NCBI GenBank assembly: GCA_002104905.1
Contig: MCFE01000434.1
Location: 1-64,000, forward strand
DNA: 64,000 nt
Source of the DNA: Basidiobolus meristosporus CBS 931.73
Lineage: Eukaryota; Fungi; Basidiobolomycota
Direction: 5' to 3'
In this document: positions 45,290-56,767 of the stretch, in pieces
Layout: each line of letters starts with the position of its first letter
Numbering within the stretch: the stretch's first letter is position 1
Made by a program: the position numbers and the translations under genes
Notes under the pieces: generated by a model
What the model was told of the DNA's origin: nothing
Databases searched by the model: none
What the model saw: only the letters and a program-made list of their open reading frames with translations

Positions 45290-46045
45290 TCATGTATAGT
45301 CGTGGGTGATTTTTGTATCTTTCCTTTTATCAATGGATCGCTTTGGGCGCTTTGGGCAAACCCTTTGTATTTTAAACCTTCCCATTAATGATTTACTCTC
45401 ATACTATCGTTCAAGCCGAGCGGCATTAAATTCGATTTCAGAATGCTCCAAGTGGCAGTAGGTGTGGGAAATGCCTCACATGCTGACCACAGTCCCTAGC
45501 ACAAAGCACCTGTGTTTTATATCGGTTAAATTGTAGGCTTCTGTTCGGGTGTCCACGGGCGCGTCGGGCTGGACCGGAGAGTCTGATGCTGTAAAAATGG
45601 AAATTTCAATCTGAACCAAAGATTATATCATCAAATTATAACAGAGAACCCTTCAATTACCAGATACACGGGTCCGATCTATCAGTGTGAAGGTGAAGGA
45701 TATGGATATTATGTGATAATCAAGATTCTTGACTGCTGAATATGTACAGTAACTGAGAAAAGGCGCTGGATGCTTGAAAACTATTGAGGGATAATCGGAA
45801 ACCCCAGGAATCAAGGGATGTGAACCTTATGCGATATGGAAACCAAACTCTTGATGTAAATCAAAAGTACACTGAACTGGCCGGGGCAGCGTTGAGGTGT
45901 CACTAGAGGATCTAGAGATTGATCGAGTGCATGATAATTGATGTTGAAGATTGATAGGCAAAAGATTTTTCGTGGAGGGAAGTTATAAAAAGAACCCTGA
46001 AGAACGACGCAACGGCATCTGAAAAACACTCAGAATACATAGGAA

Positions 46046-47570
46046 ATGACCACTAAATTCCACGGAAACGAGAACGTCGCATGCGAAGCTCACGAGCCTG
46101 ATTTTCTTCAATGTGTTGAGGGCTTTTTCGATCAAGCTGCTGCAGTGTGCGGCGTGAAGAAATCCACCTTAAGTGCCATTCGCGGCATCGACGCTGTATT
46201 GTCAGTAACTTTCCCAATTGAGGTAGCTTTCACATCCATACGTATGATTACGATTACCAGCACCCATTAACAACGTTTATTAGCGCGAGAATGGTGAAAC
46301 CGAAATTGTTCGCGGCTACCGTGCCCAACATTCCCGCCATAAGCTTCCAGTCAAGGGAGGCATTCGTTATGCCAAAGATGTTGATATGCATGAGGTCGAG
46401 GCCCTTGCCTCCCTCATGACCTACAAGTGTGCCGTTGTGGATGTTCCATTCGGTGGAGCCAAGGGCGGAGTGGCCATCAACCCACGTGAGTACACGGTCG
46501 GCGAGTTGGAGCGCATCACTCGTCGTTTCGCTTTGGAGCTGTGCCAGAAGAACTTCCTTGGCCCTGGTGTGGATGTCCCAGCGCCTGATGTGAACACTGG
46601 TGGACGCGAGATGACCTGGATCATGGACACCTACCGCCAGCTCAACCCCACCGACATCAACGCCCCTGGCTGCATCACTGGCAAGCCAATCAACCAAGGC
46701 GGTGTTCGCGGCCGTACTGAGGCTACTGGCCTCGGAGTGTACTACAGCACTCGCGAGTTCCTGAAGTTCGAGCAGGTCCAGAAGGTCACTGGACTCACTG
46801 GGGACATTGAAGGCAAGACTGTGTCACTCCAGGGCTTCGGCAACGTGTCCTTCTATGCTGCCAAGTTCTTCATTGCCAACGGAGCCAAGGTTGTGGCTGT
46901 GTCCGACAGCAAGTTCTGCGCCTACAACAAGGACGGCCTGGATATCGAGAAGCTTGGAAAGTACAAGGCTGAGCATGGTTCGCTGAAGGGTTACCCTGAT
47001 GCTGAGATCACCGAGGGATCCACCAAGGCCTTGGAGGTCGAGTGTGATATCCTTGTCCCATCTGCTCTTGAGCGTCAAATCGGCCTGAAGAATGTCCACA
47101 ACATCAAGGCCAAGATCATCAACGAGGGAGCCAACGGGCCCATCACCCCTGCTGCCCACGAGATCCTTGTACAAAAGGGAGTCGTGATTGTTCCCGATCT
47201 TCTTGCCAATGCTGGAGGAGTGTGTGTGTCCTACTTCGAGTGGCTGAAGAATGTGTCCCACGTCCGCTTCGGTCGTATGAATAGAAAATGGGAAGAGCAA
47301 GGCAAGGAGCGTCTTCTCGCACTTGTTGAGGAGCAAGCTGGTCGCAAACTGTCCGAGTCAGAGCGCCAACAAGTGATCCACGGAGCTGAAGAGCACGAGC
47401 TTGTGTACTCTGGCTTGGAGGATACCATGATCAAGGCTTGTGAGGAGACCAGAATCACAGCTGAAGAATTCGGGGATATTGACTACCGCAAGGCAGCCAT
47501 TGCCAATGCCATTCGCAAGATTGCTTCGTGCTTAGAGGGCACTGGTGTTATGTTTGCCAGCCGTGGTTAA
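46046..47570 (+). CDS. GDH: Glu/Leu/Phe/Val-family glutamate dehydrogenase, GLUD1-like, copy 1 with one intron (46223-46283)
   Basis: [63 protein letters not shown]; removing GTAGC...TATTAG restores FPIE|RENGE. Confidence 0.93.
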
Positions 47571-47888
47571 CTTACCAAATCTATTCAACTAATTCTCATT
47601 AGACGTTTCAATCCACTTATTTGTACAAATTCATTGCAATAAACGTTTACTTCCTGATAGGATCAAACAAACACAAATTTTCGATTATCTGAGATTTCAG
47701 ATGTGTAAACCAGTTTTTCCAATCATGAGGTCATGCTTTGCATCAGAAGGTTTCAGTAACTCTAGAGATCGATTATCAAACCATAGATTTTAGATAAACG
47801 AGCAAAAATAAGGTAAATGATACTAAAGACCAAATTTATTTAAATTAAATATACAACGGGATGATAGCTGAGTACTGATGCTTCCCGT

Positions 47889-49355
47889 CTAGCCGCGACT
47901 AGTAAACATGACACCAGTGCCCTCTAAGCAAGAAGCAATCTTGCGAATGGCATTGGCAATGGCGGCGGTACGGTAGTCGATGTTGCCGAACTCTTCGGCT
48001 GTGATTCTGGTCTCCTCACAAGCCTTGATCATGGTATCCTCCAAGCCAGAGTACACAAGCTCGTGCTCTTCAGCTCCGTGGATCACTTGTTGGCGCTCTG
48101 ACTCGGACAGTTTGCGGCCAGCTTGCTCTTCAACAAGTGCGAGAAGACGCTCCTTGCCTTGCTCCTCCCACTTCTTGTTCATGCGACCGAAGCGGACATG
48201 GGACACATTCTTCAGCCACTCGAAGTAGGACACACACACTCCTCCAGCATTGGCAAGAAGATCGGGAACAATCACGACTCCCTTTTGTACAAGGATCTCG
48301 TGGGCAGCAGGGGTGATGGGCCCGTTGGCTCCCTCGTTGATGATCTTGGCCTTGATGTTGTGGACATTCTTGAGGCCGATTTGACGCTCAAGAGCAGATG
48401 GGACAAGGATATCACACTCGACCTCCAAGGCCTTGGTGGATCCCTCGGTGATCTCAGCATCAGGGTAGCCCTTCAGCGAACCATGCTCAGCCTTGTACTC
48501 TCCAAGCTTCTCGATATCCAGGCCGTCCTTGTTGTAGGCGCAGAACTTGCTGTCGGACACAGCCACAACCTTGGCTCCGTTGGCAATGAAGAACTTGGCA
48601 GCATAGAAGGACACGTTGCCGAAGCCTTGGAGTGACACAGTCTTGCCTTCAATGTCCCCAGTGAGTCCAGTGACCTTCTGGACCTGCTCGAACTTCAGGA
48701 ACTCGCGAGTGCTGTAGTACACTCCGAGGCCAGTAGCCTCAGTACGGCCGCGGACACCGCCTTGGTTGATTGGCTTGCCAGTGATGCAGCCAGGGGCGTT
48801 GATGTCGGTGGGGTTGAGCTGGCGGTAGGTGTCCATGATCCAGGTCATCTCGCGTCCACCAGTGTTCACATCAGGCGCTGGGACATCCACACCAGGGCCA
48901 AGGAAGTTCTTCTGGCAAAGCTCCAAAGCGAAGCGACGAGTGATGCGCTCCAGCTCGCCAACCGTGTACTCACGTGGGTTGATAGCCACTCCGCCCTTGG
49001 CTCCACCGAATGGAACATCCACAACGGCACACTTGTAGGTCATGAGGGAGGCAAGGGCCTCGACCTCTTGCATATCGACATCGTCGGCATAACGAATACC
49101 TCCCTTGACTGGAAGCTTGTGGCGAGAGTGCTCAGCACGGTAGGCACGAACCACCTCCGTCTCACCACTCTCACGCTCGATGGGGAAGGTGACGCTCAAG
49201 ACAGCGTCGACACCTCTGATGGTGTTCAGCAACGACTTCTTCACACCGCTAGCCTTAGCTGCGATATCGAAGAACTCCTCAACGCATTGTAAGAAGTTGG
49301 GTTCGTGAGCCTCACAAGCGACGTTCTCGTTTCCTTGGTATTTAGTGGCAGCCAT
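47889..49355 (-). CDS. GDH: Glutamate dehydrogenase copy 2, intronless, 488 aa
   Basis: Full ORF with the same motifs. Confidence 0.95.
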   Translation of the reverse strand: MAATKYQGNENVACEAHEPNFLQCVEEFFDIAAKASGVKKSLLNTIRGVDAVLSVTFPIERESGETEVVRAYRAEHSRHKLPVKGGIRYADDVDMQEVEALASLMTYKCAVVDVPFGGAKGGVAINPREYTVGELERITRRFALELCQKNFLGPGVDVPAPDVNTGGREMTWIMDTYRQLNPTDINAPGCITGKPINQGGVRGRTEATGLGVYYSTREFLKFEQVQKVTGLTGDIEGKTVSLQGFGNVSFYAAKFFIANGAKVVAVSDSKFCAYNKDGLDIEKLGEYKAEHGSLKGYPDAEITEGSTKALEVECDILVPSALERQIGLKNVHNIKAKIINEGANGPITPAAHEILVQKGVVIVPDLLANAGGVCVSYFEWLKNVSHVRFGRMNKKWEEQGKERLLALVEEQAGRKLSESERQQVIHGAEEHELVYSGLEDTMIKACEETRITAEEFGNIDYRTAAIANAIRKIASCLEGTGVMFTSRG

Positions 49356-50062
49356 GGTTGTAAGGTTATCTTGATGCTTCCTGACCCTTTCACTCCTATA
49401 TATACTAATCGCATTATCTCCATATCACTTGTTATATATGGTGATTGGTGAATGATTAGCAGCACATGATAGCTTTCACATACCACAACTCTGTAGCGGA
49501 TAATGTCTTCAGATAATGATCATTATAGGAATTAAAATATTTGATGAATACTTATCAGCCTTCGGTTAAATGCTATCGCATTCTCATGTGAACCGGTATT
49601 TCGCAGTAATATGGCGATTGTTTTTGGTTAGATCTCATATGACAAACCATCCCAGTGACAAATACGAGCATTTCAGGCTCGACCTTTTAAAGGAAATGCT
49701 CCTGAAGTAATGCCTAACGACCAGATGCCTAATCAGTTAGAGTTTGTATACAAAAATAGAAACAAGCAAAGTTATCTATGTACGATCAGTAATGGAAGGG
49801 ATATAGTAAATCAGGTGATAGGGGATGCATCGTAGACCTCAACGATTCTTGGATAGATTAGTATTGCTAAATAAATTCAAAGTATCGTACTTCCACATGA
49901 AATTAATTTAATAGCATGATGTATCAATGCCTAGAGCCTTGCCAGACAGCAGGAAAATTTTCGACTCCAAGCATGGAGTGAGCAGGTTATACCTTAAGCA
50001 CAGCTTTATTATACTAAACTTTAAATTTACAATTCGCTGCAAGCAACTAACAACAACAAAGC

Positions 50063-51523
50063 TTAACCGCGGCTAGAGAACATGACGCCAGTACCATCTA
50101 AGCAAGAAGCAATCTTGCGAATGGCATTGGCAATGGCGGCGGTACGGTAGTCGATGTTGCCGAACTCTTCGGCTGTGATTCTGGTCTCCTCACAAGCCTT
50201 GATCATGGTATCCTCCAAGCCAGAGTACACAAGCTCGTGCTCTTCAGCTCCGTGGATCACTTGTTGGCGCTCTGACTCGGACAGTTTGCGACCAGCTTGC
50301 TCCTCAACAAGCGCGAGAAGACGCTCCTTGCCTTGCTCCTCCCACTTCTTGTTCATGCGACCAAAACGGACGTGGGACACATTCTTCAGCCACTCGAAGT
50401 AGGACACACACACTCCTCCAGCATTGGCAAGAAGATCGGGAACAATCACGACTCCCTTTTGTACAAGGATCTCGTGGGCAGCAGGGGTGATGGGCCCGTT
50501 GGCTCCCTCGTTGATGATCTTGGCCTTGATGTTGTGGACATTCTTGAGGCCGATTTGACGCTCAAGAGCAGATGGGACAAGGATATCACACTCGACCTCC
50601 AAGGCCTTGGTGGATCCCTCGGTGATCTCAGCATCAGGGTAGCCCTTCAGCGAACCATGCTCAGCCTTGTACTCTCCAAGCTTCTCGATATCCAGGCCGT
50701 CCTTGTTGTAGGCGCAGAACTTGCTGTCGGACACAGCCACAACCTTGGCTCCGTTGGCAATGAAGAACTTGGCAGCATAGAAGGACACGTTGCCGAAGCC
50801 TTGAAGTGACACAGTCTTGCCTTCAATGTCCCCAGTGAGTCCAGTGACCTTCTGGACCTGCTCGAACTTCAGGAACTCGCGAGTGCTGTAGTACACTCCG
50901 AGGCCAGTAGCCTCAGTACGGCCGCGAACACCGCCTTGGTTGATTGGCTTGCCAGTGATGCAGCCAGGGGCGTTGATGTCGGTGGGGTTGAGCTGGCGGT
51001 AGGTGTCCATGATCCAGGTCATCTCGCGTCCACCAGTGTTCACATCAGGCGCTGGGACATCCACACCAGGGCCAAGGAAGTTCTTCTGGCAGAGCTCCAA
51101 AGCGAAGCGACGAGTGATGCGCTCCAGCTCGCCAACCGTGTACTCACGTGGGTTGATGGCCACTCCGCCCTTGGCTCCACCGAATGGAACATCCACAACG
51201 GCACACTTGTAGGTCATGAGGGAGGCAAGGGCCTCGACCTCTTGCATATCGACATCGTCGGCATAACGAATGCCTCCCTTGACTGGGAGCTTGTGGCGAG
51301 AGTGCTCAGCACGGTAGGCACGAATCACCTCCGTCTCACCACTCTCACGCTCGATGGGGAAGGTGACGCTCAAGACAGCGTCGACACCTCTGATGGTGTT
51401 CAGCAGCGACTTCTTGACTCCGCTGGCCTTAGCGGCGATATCGAAGAACTCCTCAACGCATTGTAAAAAGTTGGGCTCGTGAGCCTCGCAAGCGACGTTT
51501 TCGTTTCCTTGATATTTAGCCAT
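50063..51523 (-). CDS. GDH: Glutamate dehydrogenase copy 3, intronless, 486 aa
   Basis: Full ORF with the same motifs. Confidence 0.95.
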   Translation of the reverse strand: MAKYQGNENVACEAHEPNFLQCVEEFFDIAAKASGVKKSLLNTIRGVDAVLSVTFPIERESGETEVIRAYRAEHSRHKLPVKGGIRYADDVDMQEVEALASLMTYKCAVVDVPFGGAKGGVAINPREYTVGELERITRRFALELCQKNFLGPGVDVPAPDVNTGGREMTWIMDTYRQLNPTDINAPGCITGKPINQGGVRGRTEATGLGVYYSTREFLKFEQVQKVTGLTGDIEGKTVSLQGFGNVSFYAAKFFIANGAKVVAVSDSKFCAYNKDGLDIEKLGEYKAEHGSLKGYPDAEITEGSTKALEVECDILVPSALERQIGLKNVHNIKAKIINEGANGPITPAAHEILVQKGVVIVPDLLANAGGVCVSYFEWLKNVSHVRFGRMNKKWEEQGKERLLALVEEQAGRKLSESERQQVIHGAEEHELVYSGLEDTMIKACEETRITAEEFGNIDYRTAAIANAIRKIASCLDGTGVMFSSRG

Positions 51524-52663
51524 GTCTGAAGTCTTCTGTTGATGTTGGTTGACTCTCTTGACTCCCTTTATAGATAGGAATTTTTCTGAACTCTTGAGTT
51601 TTACCGAATTCTTCGGGAATCATTTCTGATTGTAGCTACGGTTTTCCCCGACGTAGGTAGTTATCTTAACTCCGGATTGGAAGGGAGTCCGATATATCAA
51701 TGGCAGCCCAGCCAAAAATCATCCTAAAGTGTGATCACAGTGGTACAATAGCAAAATTCTTTCACCCTTTGAACTGTTCGCTACCGATACTACGTGGTTT
51801 AATACTGGCTTGGGTCAGCAACTCGGCAATCAAGTCACTCCAGTATAAATGGTAATCATTATCCTATATCGAATCCCTCCCCGGACAGTCCCAAGCGGTT
51901 AATCCACCAAATGCAATGCGAATCATTTATCGGATATCCATATTACGGTTCAGTGGTACAAAGATACCTGCATGGACCGTTTAGTGCATGCGTTGGCGAC
52001 TCTTATCAGGTTCGTACTTCAGGGATTTTAAAAACTTGCTTCTCGGTAAAGTGATGGCCAGCGCAAAAATCGATTCGCAAGCGATTACTTTACAAGTGGT
52101 GAAACGGAGAAGGCTGGCTAGATTCAATGAACCCTAAGTCAGACCAGAACAGGGTTACCACAGTTGTATCACTTGGTCTCTTATCTATGACTTCTGGATG
52201 GGAAAATGGTCTGCAGACCATCGGCTGGGATCGGAAGCCTGAGCAGGAAAGAAAAGCATTGCCGATTGCTACAAAACATCATGAGAACACGGTTACGTTG
52301 TACAGGTGAAGAGGCCACATGAGAGTAAATCGATAACCGTTTAGCCAAAATGGATCGAACTAGTTACGGAAGGTGGATGTAAATCCCCAGCATAGCGTTT
52401 AATGATCAGCTGTCTGATAGCACCGTTTTTTCCTAGATATAGGTATATGGTGTTCGAGATTGAGAAACGCTCGTATACTCCTTGTCGGATTAGCTTTCGA
52501 TAGACAAGTGAATTCAATCGATTCCTATTCTGTATGCCCTCCAACATTAGATTGGTAACGAGCGTATTACCACTTATGGTGTAGCTTACCTACCATTAAA
52601 CACTATAAATATGACCTGAATATCCGTATTGTAGCATCAATCCATTTACAGAAACCCAAAACG

Positions 52664-54121
52664 ATGAAATACCAAGGAAACGAGAACGTCGCTTGCGAGG
52701 CTCACGAGCCCAACTTTTTACAATGCGTTGAGGAGTTCTTCGATATCGCCGCTAAGGCCAGCGGAGTCAAGAAGTCGCTGCTGAACACCATCAGAGGTGT
52801 CGATGCTGTCTTGAGCGTCACCTTCCCCATCGAGCGTGAGAGTGGTGAGACGGAGGTGGTTCGTGCCTACCGTGCTGAGCACTCTCGCCACAAGCTCCCA
52901 GTCAAGGGAGGTATTCGTTATGCCGACGATGTCGATATGCAAGAGGTCGAGGCCCTTGCCTCCCTCATGACCTACAAGTGTGCCGTTGTGGATGTTCCAT
53001 TCGGTGGAGCCAAGGGCGGAGTGGCCATCAACCCACGTGAGTACACGGTCGGCGAGTTGGAGCGCATCACTCGTCGCTTCGCTTTGGAGCTCTGCCAGAA
53101 GAACTTCCTTGGCCCTGGTGTGGATGTCCCAGCGCCTGATGTGAACACTGGTGGACGCGAGATGACCTGGATCATGGACACCTACCGCCAGCTCAACCCC
53201 ACCGACATCAACGCCCCTGGCTGCATCACTGGCAAGCCAATCAACCAAGGCGGTGTTCGCGGCCGTACTGAGGCTACTGGCCTCGGAGTGTACTACAGCA
53301 CTCGCGAGTTCCTGAAGTTCGAGCAGGTCCAGAAGGTCACTGGACTCACTGGGGACATTGAAGGCAAGACTGTGTCACTTCAAGGCTTCGGCAACGTGTC
53401 CTTCTATGCTGCCAAGTTCTTCATTGCCAACGGAGCCAAGGTTGTGGCTGTGTCCGACAGCAAGTTCTGCGCCTACAACAAGGACGGCCTGGATATCGAG
53501 AAGCTTGGAGAGTACAAGGCTGAGCATGGTACCTTGCAGGGATTCACTGCTGCTGAGATCACCGAGGGATCCACCAAGGCCTTGGAGGTCGAGTGTGATA
53601 TCCTTGTCCCATCTGCTCTTGAGCGTCAAATCGGCCTCAAGAATGTCCACAACATCAAGGCCAAGGTCATCAACGAGGGAGCCAACGGGCCCATCACCCC
53701 TGCTGCCCACGAGATCCTTGTACAAAAGGGAGTCGTGATTGTTCCCGATCTTCTTGCCAATGCTGGAGGAGTGTGTGTGTCCTACTTCGAGTGGCTGAAG
53801 AATGTGTCCCATGTCCGCTTCGGTCGCATGAACAAGAAGTGGGAGGAGCAAGGCAAGGAGCGTCTTCTCGCACTTGTTGAGGAGCAAGCTGGCCGCAAAC
53901 TGTCCGAGTCAGAGCGCCAACAAGTGATCCACGGAGCTGAAGAGCACGAGCTTGTGTACTCTGGCTTGGAGGATACCATGATCAAGGCTTGTGAGGAGAC
54001 CAGAATCACAGCCGAAGAGTTCGGCAACATCGACTACCGTACCGCCGCCATTGCCAATGCCATTCGCAAGATTGCCTCTTGCTTAGATGGTACTGGTGTT
54101 ATGTTTACTAATCGCGGCTAA
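52664..54121 (+). CDS. GDH: Glutamate dehydrogenase copy 4, intronless, 485 aa
   Basis: Full ORF; unique patch GTLQGFTAAEIT. Confidence 0.95.
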   Translation: MKYQGNENVACEAHEPNFLQCVEEFFDIAAKASGVKKSLLNTIRGVDAVLSVTFPIERESGETEVVRAYRAEHSRHKLPVKGGIRYADDVDMQEVEALASLMTYKCAVVDVPFGGAKGGVAINPREYTVGELERITRRFALELCQKNFLGPGVDVPAPDVNTGGREMTWIMDTYRQLNPTDINAPGCITGKPINQGGVRGRTEATGLGVYYSTREFLKFEQVQKVTGLTGDIEGKTVSLQGFGNVSFYAAKFFIANGAKVVAVSDSKFCAYNKDGLDIEKLGEYKAEHGTLQGFTAAEITEGSTKALEVECDILVPSALERQIGLKNVHNIKAKVINEGANGPITPAAHEILVQKGVVIVPDLLANAGGVCVSYFEWLKNVSHVRFGRMNKKWEEQGKERLLALVEEQAGRKLSESERQQVIHGAEEHELVYSGLEDTMIKACEETRITAEEFGNIDYRTAAIANAIRKIASCLDGTGVMFTNRG

Positions 54122-55309
54122 AGCAATATTGATAATTGTACTGTACATTTTAAAATTTATTGATTGTCGAAATGAGATTACTATACGAAGTGCTTTTCTT
54201 ACGACCCATCATTGAAACCAGCTATTAAACTAACTCATTGCACCCGGATAATTGGGCAATTGCTATGGAATGCTATTTTCAATGTACTGAGCTACTTCAC
54301 GAACATAACTTGAATCTTTGCAACATAAAGCGTACCACCTTACTTGGTGAATACCTATATCTCCGGAGCAATCGTATATCCAGATATCTGGAACTATCTA
54401 CCGCTACTTATACAATAAATTCACCAACACTTTTGGCAATTGTCGCGAATTATGTAAACTATGTATATTGCAAGGGTATTTCTATACTGGCCTATTGTAT
54501 CACCTGAAGCCTCCATTTAATCGGATGCCTTCGGAGGTCTTGCCTTAACTTTGCCAGATATTCTCACATGTAGCAGCAGGCAAACCATGAAACTGGTAAC
54601 CCCAGTGATTATTTCTATTACCAAACCGGTGCCCATGCTGCTCCCGACTTCAAGATTATCAAGGTTTCGATGAGAATCTTGGCTGAGAACTCTGCAAACT
54701 CTGGAGAATCAGCCGTTACGTAGCTCTACGATTCCCTTCACAACACTTGCCAACAATGGGAATCCACGTGAAGAGGCTCGTTACAGACATATCATCCCTC
54801 CCGTCATATGATATCTTGAAGGCACCCTCCGATTATCCCCGATATTTATCCATGATTTGATTTACTGATAAGATCGTGCACTGGTGCATGGAGCTTTTGG
54901 AGGGAAGCAGTCATGTGGCACATCTCTTGAGGCTAGGAGTACAAGAAAAGGCATTGCTCCATTGATAACCCAATTTTCTTTCCGTTCCTGTGGCACGCCG
55001 GAAGAATCCCTACTTCAAACCTAATACTTGGATAATTGGTCAACCAAAATCATTTTAAGGGTAGTGATCAATGTCAAGTAAGGAAAATGTCCAGATCTTT
55101 ATATCTGCTCATCTCACGAGACCTATAATTCGTATCTCCTAATTAGGAAGCGGGCGAGCTAGTCAGGAGTTCATTTTGGCTCAGATAAATGAAATCTTCA
55201 GTGGATGACGGCAATTGAGATGCGGAGATAATGAGCATGGCGTTGGCTAATATAAAAGAACAATACGGTACGACTAAATAAGATTATTACCACTTCTAGA
55301 CACTTAGCA

Positions 55310-56767
55310 ATGAAATACCAAGGAAACGAAAACGTCGCTTGTGAGGCCCACGAGCCCAACTTTTTACAATGCGTTGAGGAGTTCTTCGATATCGCCGCTA
55401 AGGCCAGCGGAGTCAAGAAGTCGCTGCTGAACACCATCAGAGGTGTCGATGCTGTCTTGAGCGTCACCTTTCCCATCGAGCGTGAGAGTGGTGAGACGGA
55501 GGTGGTTCGTGCCTACCGTGCTGAGCACTCTCGCCACAAGCTCCCAGTCAAGGGAGGTATTCGTTATGCCGACGATGTCGATATGCAAGAGGTCGAGGCC
55601 CTTGCCTCCCTCATGACCTACAAGTGTGCCGTTGTGGATGTTCCATTCGGTGGAGCCAAGGGCGGAGTGGCCATCAACCCACGTGAGTACACGGTCGGCG
55701 AGTTGGAGCGCATCACTCGTCGCTTCGCTTTGGAGCTCTGCCAGAAGAACTTCCTTGGCCCTGGTGTGGATGTCCCAGCGCCTGATGTGAACACTGGTGG
55801 ACGCGAGATGACCTGGATCATGGACACCTACCGCCAGCTCAACCCCACCGACATCAACGCCCCTGGCTGCATCACTGGCAAGCCAATCAACCAAGGCGGT
55901 GTTCGCGGCCGTACTGAGGCTACTGGCCTCGGAGTGTACTACAGCACTCGCGAGTTCCTGAAGTTCGAGCAGGTCCAGAAGGTCACTGGACTCACTGGGG
56001 ACATTGAAGGCAAGACTGTGTCACTCCAAGGCTTCGGCAACGTGTCCTTCTATGCTGCCAAGTTCTTCATTGCCAACGGAGCCAAGGTTGTGGCCGTGTC
56101 TGACAGTAAGTTCTGCGCCTACAACAAGGACGGCCTGGATATCGAGAAGCTTGGAGAGTACAAGGCTGAGCATGGTTCGCTGAAGGGTTACCCTGATGCT
56201 GAGATCACCGAGGGATCCACCAAGGCCTTGGAGGTCGAGTGTGATATCCTTGTCCCATCTGCTCTTGAGCGTCAAATCGGCCTCAAGAATGTCCACAACA
56301 TCAAGGCTAAGATCATCAACGAGGGAGCCAACGGGCCCATCACCCCTGCTGCCCACGAGATCCTTGTACAAAAGGGAGTCGTGATTGTTCCCGATCTTCT
56401 TGCCAATGCTGGAGGAGTGTGTGTGTCCTACTTCGAGTGGCTGAAGAATGTGTCCCATGTCCGCTTCGGTCGCATGAACAAGAAGTGGGAGGAGCAAGGC
56501 AAGGAGCGTCTTCTCGCACTTGTTGAGGAGCAAGCTGGCCGCAAACTGTCCGAGTCAGAGCGCCAACAAGTGATCCACGGAGCTGAAGAGCACGAGCTTG
56601 TGTACTCTGGGTTGGAGGATACCATGATCAAGGCTTGTGAGGAGACCAGAATCACAGCCGAAGAGTTCGGCAACATCGACTACCGTACCGCCGCCATTGC
56701 CAATGCCATTCGCAAGATTGCTTCTTGCTTAGAAGGAACTGGTGTCATGTTCTCAAGCCGCGGTTAA
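55310..56767 (+). CDS. GDH: Glutamate dehydrogenase copy 5, intronless, 485 aa
   Basis: Full ORF with the same motifs. Confidence 0.95.
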   Translation: MKYQGNENVACEAHEPNFLQCVEEFFDIAAKASGVKKSLLNTIRGVDAVLSVTFPIERESGETEVVRAYRAEHSRHKLPVKGGIRYADDVDMQEVEALASLMTYKCAVVDVPFGGAKGGVAINPREYTVGELERITRRFALELCQKNFLGPGVDVPAPDVNTGGREMTWIMDTYRQLNPTDINAPGCITGKPINQGGVRGRTEATGLGVYYSTREFLKFEQVQKVTGLTGDIEGKTVSLQGFGNVSFYAAKFFIANGAKVVAVSDSKFCAYNKDGLDIEKLGEYKAEHGSLKGYPDAEITEGSTKALEVECDILVPSALERQIGLKNVHNIKAKIINEGANGPITPAAHEILVQKGVVIVPDLLANAGGVCVSYFEWLKNVSHVRFGRMNKKWEEQGKERLLALVEEQAGRKLSESERQQVIHGAEEHELVYSGLEDTMIKACEETRITAEEFGNIDYRTAAIANAIRKIASCLEGTGVMFSSRG

